Position numbers and translations under genes: made by a program | Shown here: positions 61,524 to 64,000 of the stretch, piece by piece | Layout: every line of letters begins with the position of its first letter | How positions within the stretch are numbered: position 1 is the first letter of the stretch | Origin: Candidatus Paceibacter sp. | Lineage (GTDB): Bacteria > Patescibacteriota > Minisyncoccia > Phycocordibacterales > BOKC01 | Assembly (NCBI GenBank): GCA_020724885.1 | Contig: DYGD01000003.1 | Span: 3,103 to 67,102 of the forward strand | Direction of reading: 5' to 3' | DNA length: 64,000 nt | Notes under the pieces: model-generated | What the model saw: the letters and a program-made list of their open reading frames with translations, nothing else | Databases searched by the model: none | What the model was told of the DNA's origin: nothing

Positions 61524-61811
61524 TTACTGCAGACTTTCAGAAATTCTTCTTTTAAGTCGGGCGAACGCTTTACCATCTTTTGTAAGAGACACTTCCCGTT
61601 TAGGAGCGTCAGATTCACTATGAAATGCTTCATAGTAGCGCAGTAAAAACGGTTTCCGCGGTTTTGTAGATGGCACTTTTCCCTCGTTGTGTTCTGAAGG
61701 TCTGCGTTTCAAATCATCAGTAGAGTCGATATATAAATTTCCATCCTTCTTACTTTTCAAAAAAAGCGATAATACATACTTATTGTTACCTATGATTTGA
61801 AACAATAACAT
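61524..61811 (-). CDS. GIY-YIG nuclease superfamily protein (second copy)
   Basis: KYVLSL...GNLYIDSTDDLKRRPSEHNEGK...PFLLRYYEAFHSESDAPKRE matches the GIY-YIG core; directly abuts tRNA-Gly(GCC). Confidence 0.6.
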   Translation of the reverse strand: MLLFQIIGNNKYVLSLFLKSKKDGNLYIDSTDDLKRRPSEHNEGKVPSTKPRKPFLLRYYEAFHSESDAPKREVSLTKDGKAFARLKRRISESLQ

Positions 61812-61823
61812 GAAAGGTGAGGG

Positions 61824-61894
61824 TGCGGGCAGGGAGAATCGAACTCCCGTCTGATCCTTGGCAAGGATCTGTCATGCCACTAAACTATGCCCGC
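61824..61894 (-). tRNA. tRNA-Gly (anticodon GCC)
   Basis: Acceptor GCGGGCA/TGCCCGC, anticodon stem GATCC/GGATC loop TTGCCAA, T-arm GGGAG-TTCGATT-CTCCC. Confidence 0.75.
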
Positions 61895-61983
61895 GATTTA
61901 ATTGACCAGCAAAATCCTACAATTCACAACTCAAGAATATCAGAATCAAAATTAATTTCAATTTTCGGCTGTTGGTTTATTTG

Positions 61984-62056
61984 CGTCCCTGAGAGGATTT
62001 GAACCCCTGGCCTCTTCCTCCGGAGGGAAGCGCTCTATCCGCTGAGCTACAGGGAC
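61984..62056 (-). tRNA. tRNA-Arg (anticodon CCG)
   Basis: Acceptor GTCCCTG/CAGGGAC, D-arm GCTC-AGCGGATA-GAGC, anticodon loop CTCCGGA, T-arm AGGGG-TTCAAAT-CCTCT. Confidence 0.75.
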
Positions 62057-62145
62057 AAAATTTTAATATCGGGGTCTGTTAAATCCCGACGCTTCAGTCG
62101 GGACCTCGACCTCCGGCACACCCTGTGGTCGGAGCTCCAACGATA

Positions 62146-62218
62146 TACCCCCGGAAGGAATCGAACCCTCATCTGCGGTTCCGAAGACCGCTGCTTTTAT
62201 CCTTTAAGCTACGGGGGC
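62146..62218 (-). tRNA. tRNA-Arg (anticodon TCG)
   Basis: Acceptor GCCCCCG/CGGGGGT (G1-U72), D-arm GCTT/AAGC, anticodon stem GCGGT/ACCGC loop CTTCGGA, T-arm GAGGG-TTCGATT-CCTTC. Confidence 0.65.
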
Positions 62219-62239
62219 GATTGATTTGTACCACCGTCT

Positions 62240-62647
62240 TTATTTTGCAGTTTTTCTCCTATGACAATTGGCACATAAAACTTGACATTTTACTATTTCC
62301 TCCTTTATTGTATTTAAATTGTGATTCCTCCCAAGAATTGATACATCAGAAGTCTTTATAAAGTTCGGGAGATGATCAAACTCTAGAACAATAGGATCTT
62401 TTTCGCCACAATGCAAGCAAGGATGTTTTTTTAAATAATCATGCAGATATTTTCTGATTTCACTCCTAATTCTTTTGTTCCTCTTATATGCTTTCAATAA
62501 ATAATATTTTTTATTTTTTTCATAATGTGATTTTAAGTAAAATCGTCCACATTTCTTACAGTAACCATGCTTAATACCTCTTTCTTTATTTTTAAAACTA
62601 AATTCATCTAAAGGCTTTTCAATTTTACATCGATTACAAATTCTCAT
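62240..62647 (-). CDS. HNH endonuclease with zinc-ribbon motifs (135 aa)
   Basis: CNRC...C..C N-terminal Cys cluster and HNH core HPCLHCG...DHLPNF...N...CANCH. Confidence 0.6.
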   Translation of the reverse strand: MRICNRCKIEKPLDEFSFKNKERGIKHGYCKKCGRFYLKSHYEKNKKYYLLKAYKRNKRIRSEIRKYLHDYLKKHPCLHCGEKDPIVLEFDHLPNFIKTSDVSILGRNHNLNTIKEEIVKCQVLCANCHRRKTAK

Positions 62648-62750
62648 TGCAATATTATATCAAATTACTACTTCGAATCATAGTCAGCTTTCAAGGGACA
62701 AAGTAGACGCGATTAGCTAAAAATCAAAGCGTATATTAAAATTACTTGAA

Positions 62751-64000
62751 ATGAACTTCACCATCCCTAAGGAAATTACCGAAATAGCTGAAAAGCTAAA
62801 AAAGGGCGGTTTTGAGGCCTATTTAGTGGGTGGTTGCGTAAGAGATTTGCTTTTAGGTCTTAAGCCGAAGGATTGGGATTTTGCTACGAACGCTTTACCG
62901 GAAGAAATAATGAAAATTTTTAGTAATTCTTTTTACGAAAATGATTATGGCACGGTTGGAGTTGTGAATGATAATGTTTCTGATGAAACCTTAAAGGTTG
63001 TTGAAATCACTCCCTATCGAGAGGAATCCGAGTACACTGATTTTAGGAGGCCGGATAAAGTATCTTTTGGTACGACCTTGGAAAAAGATTTAGAAAGAAG
63101 AGATTTTACGATTAATGCGATGGCGTTTGATCCGACTAAAGGACAACTCATTGATATCCATAAAGGACAAAAGGATATAAAGGACAAAATTGTTAGAGCA
63201 GTAGGTAGTCCGGTGGATAGATTTTCAGAAGACGGTCTTAGAATACTAAGGGCTATCCGAATTTCTTCAGAGTTGGGTCTAAGTATAGAAAAAGAAACGG
63301 AAAAAGCCATAATTTCAAGCGCCAGTTTCATAAGAAACATCTCCAAGGAAAGAATAAGAGACGAATTTTCAAGAATAATTGACTCAAAAAATCCAGTAGG
63401 CGGTCTCATTCTTTGCCAAAATCTAGGGGTTTTAAAAGAATTTCTGCCGGAATTAGAGCAATCTGTGGGTGTAAAACAGAATAAAGCTCATTCTTACGAT
63501 GTCTGGACTCATCTTTTGAAAAGTTTAGAACATTCAAATAAGAAGAATATGAAGTTTCATGTGAAACTTTCTGCTCTTTTTCATGATATATCCAAACCAG
63601 AGACCAGAAGATGGTCTGATGAAAAGAAAGATTGGACTTTCTATGGTCATGACGTTGTTGGTTCTAGGGTAACAGAAAGAATTTTGAAGAGATTGAAGTT
63701 TCCCATGAAACTTATTGAAAATGTGGTTATTTTGGTTAGATGGCATATGTTTTTCTCTGATACTGATAAAATAACACTTTCTGCGGTTAGAAGGTTGGTT
63801 TCTAGGGTTGGAAAAGAAAATATTTGGGACTTGATGGATCTTAGAGCTTGCGACAGAATAGGAACGGGACGGCCCAAGGAAAGTCCTTACAGATTGAGAA
63901 AATTTCATTCAATGATAGAGGAAGTCATGGCGGATCCGGTTTCTGTTTCTATGCTTAAAATAGACGGTAAGAAGATTATGGAAGTTTCACAAGAAACACC
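62751..64000 (+). CDS. cca: CCA-adding tRNA nucleotidyltransferase with HD domain (3'-truncated by window end)
   Basis: Open frame from ATG 62751 to the window edge; not in the ORF track (no stop). Head-domain motif LVGGCVRDLLLG...DWDFAT, RRDFTINAMA; HD segment LSALFHDISKPE...HD. Confidence 0.8.
   Translation, partial: MNFTIPKEITEIAEKLKKGGFEAYLVGGCVRDLLLGLKPKDWDFATNALPEEIMKIFSNSFYENDYGTVGVVNDNVSDETLKVVEITPYREESEYTDFRRPDKVSFGTTLEKDLERRDFTINAMAFDPTKGQLIDIHKGQKDIKDKIVRAVGSPVDRFSEDGLRILRAIRISSELGLSIEKETEKAIISSASFIRNISKERIRDEFSRIIDSKNPVGGLILCQNLGVLKEFLPELEQSVGVKQNKAHSYDVWTHLLKSLEHSNKKNMKFHVKLSALFHDISKPETRRWSDEKKDWTFYGHDVVGSRVTERILKRLKFPMKLIENVVILVRWHMFFSDTDKITLSAVRRLVSRVGKENIWDLMDLRACDRIGTGRPKESPYRLRKFHSMIEEVMADPVSVSMLKIDGKKIMEVSQET

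Noticed and set aside
62057-62145. Sixth tRNA between the two tRNA-Arg genes
   Set aside because: No cloverleaf with a 7-nt anticodon loop or T-loop consensus could be drawn on either strand.
1-64000. CRISPR arrays, transposases, integrases, rRNA genes
   Set aside because: No regularly spaced direct repeats, no DDE/Tyr/Ser recombinase-like ORFs and no rRNA-like conserved stretches were seen anywhere in the window.

Overview
This 64-kb window looks like a chromosomal segment from an AT-rich, gene-dense, small-genome bacterium. Gene content and architecture are consistent with a Patescibacteria/CPR-type organism, but that is an inference from the sequence alone. It spans the replication-origin gene neighbourhood: dnaA and dnaN on the minus strand, with rpmH-rnpA-[insert]-yidC-jag diverging on the plus strand. 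The window is rich in recombination and repair genes (ruvA, ruvB, ruvC, yebC, mutM, polA, holA, uvrD-like, comM) and RNA-metabolism genes (pnp, rny, rnpA, ksgA, rsmE, cca, tyrS, SpoU-family methyltransferase). It carries nine tRNA genes and two roughly 340-nt G+C-rich structured RNAs, each with its own promoter-like and terminator signals. One of these (57185-57525) is a candidate RNase P RNA; the other (3040-3383, minus) is unclassified. Three surface-machinery loci are present. (i) pilB at 10009. (ii) A 14-kb minus-strand cluster (25327-39093) with VirB2-, VirB3-, split VirB4- and VirB6/TrbL-like genes plus secreted, peptidoglycan-binding and FN3 proteins, but no relaxase or coupling protein. 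(iii) A Com/T2SS-like pilus operon (50442-55722) with an ATPase, a platform protein and four prepilin-like genes. The most unusual observation is three short, visibly G+C-rich islands (about 13.10-13.93 kb, 23.28-23.87 kb and 45.84-46.56 kb). Each sits between otherwise conserved gene neighbours (ruvB|yebC, rnpA|yidC, and a VapBC pair|pnp-region gene), and each carries one ORF with its own RBS and terminator; one of these ORFs is a class-III-signal pilin. The 3' end (59.8-62.7 kb) is a tRNA-dense hotspot. It holds partial tRNA duplications (tRNA-Gly 3' fragment, tRNA-Pro 5' pseudo-copy), small nuclease genes (GIY-YIG, HNH, YraN, RNHCP) and an inverted pair of DnaA boxes. No CRISPR array, transposase or integrase was seen.
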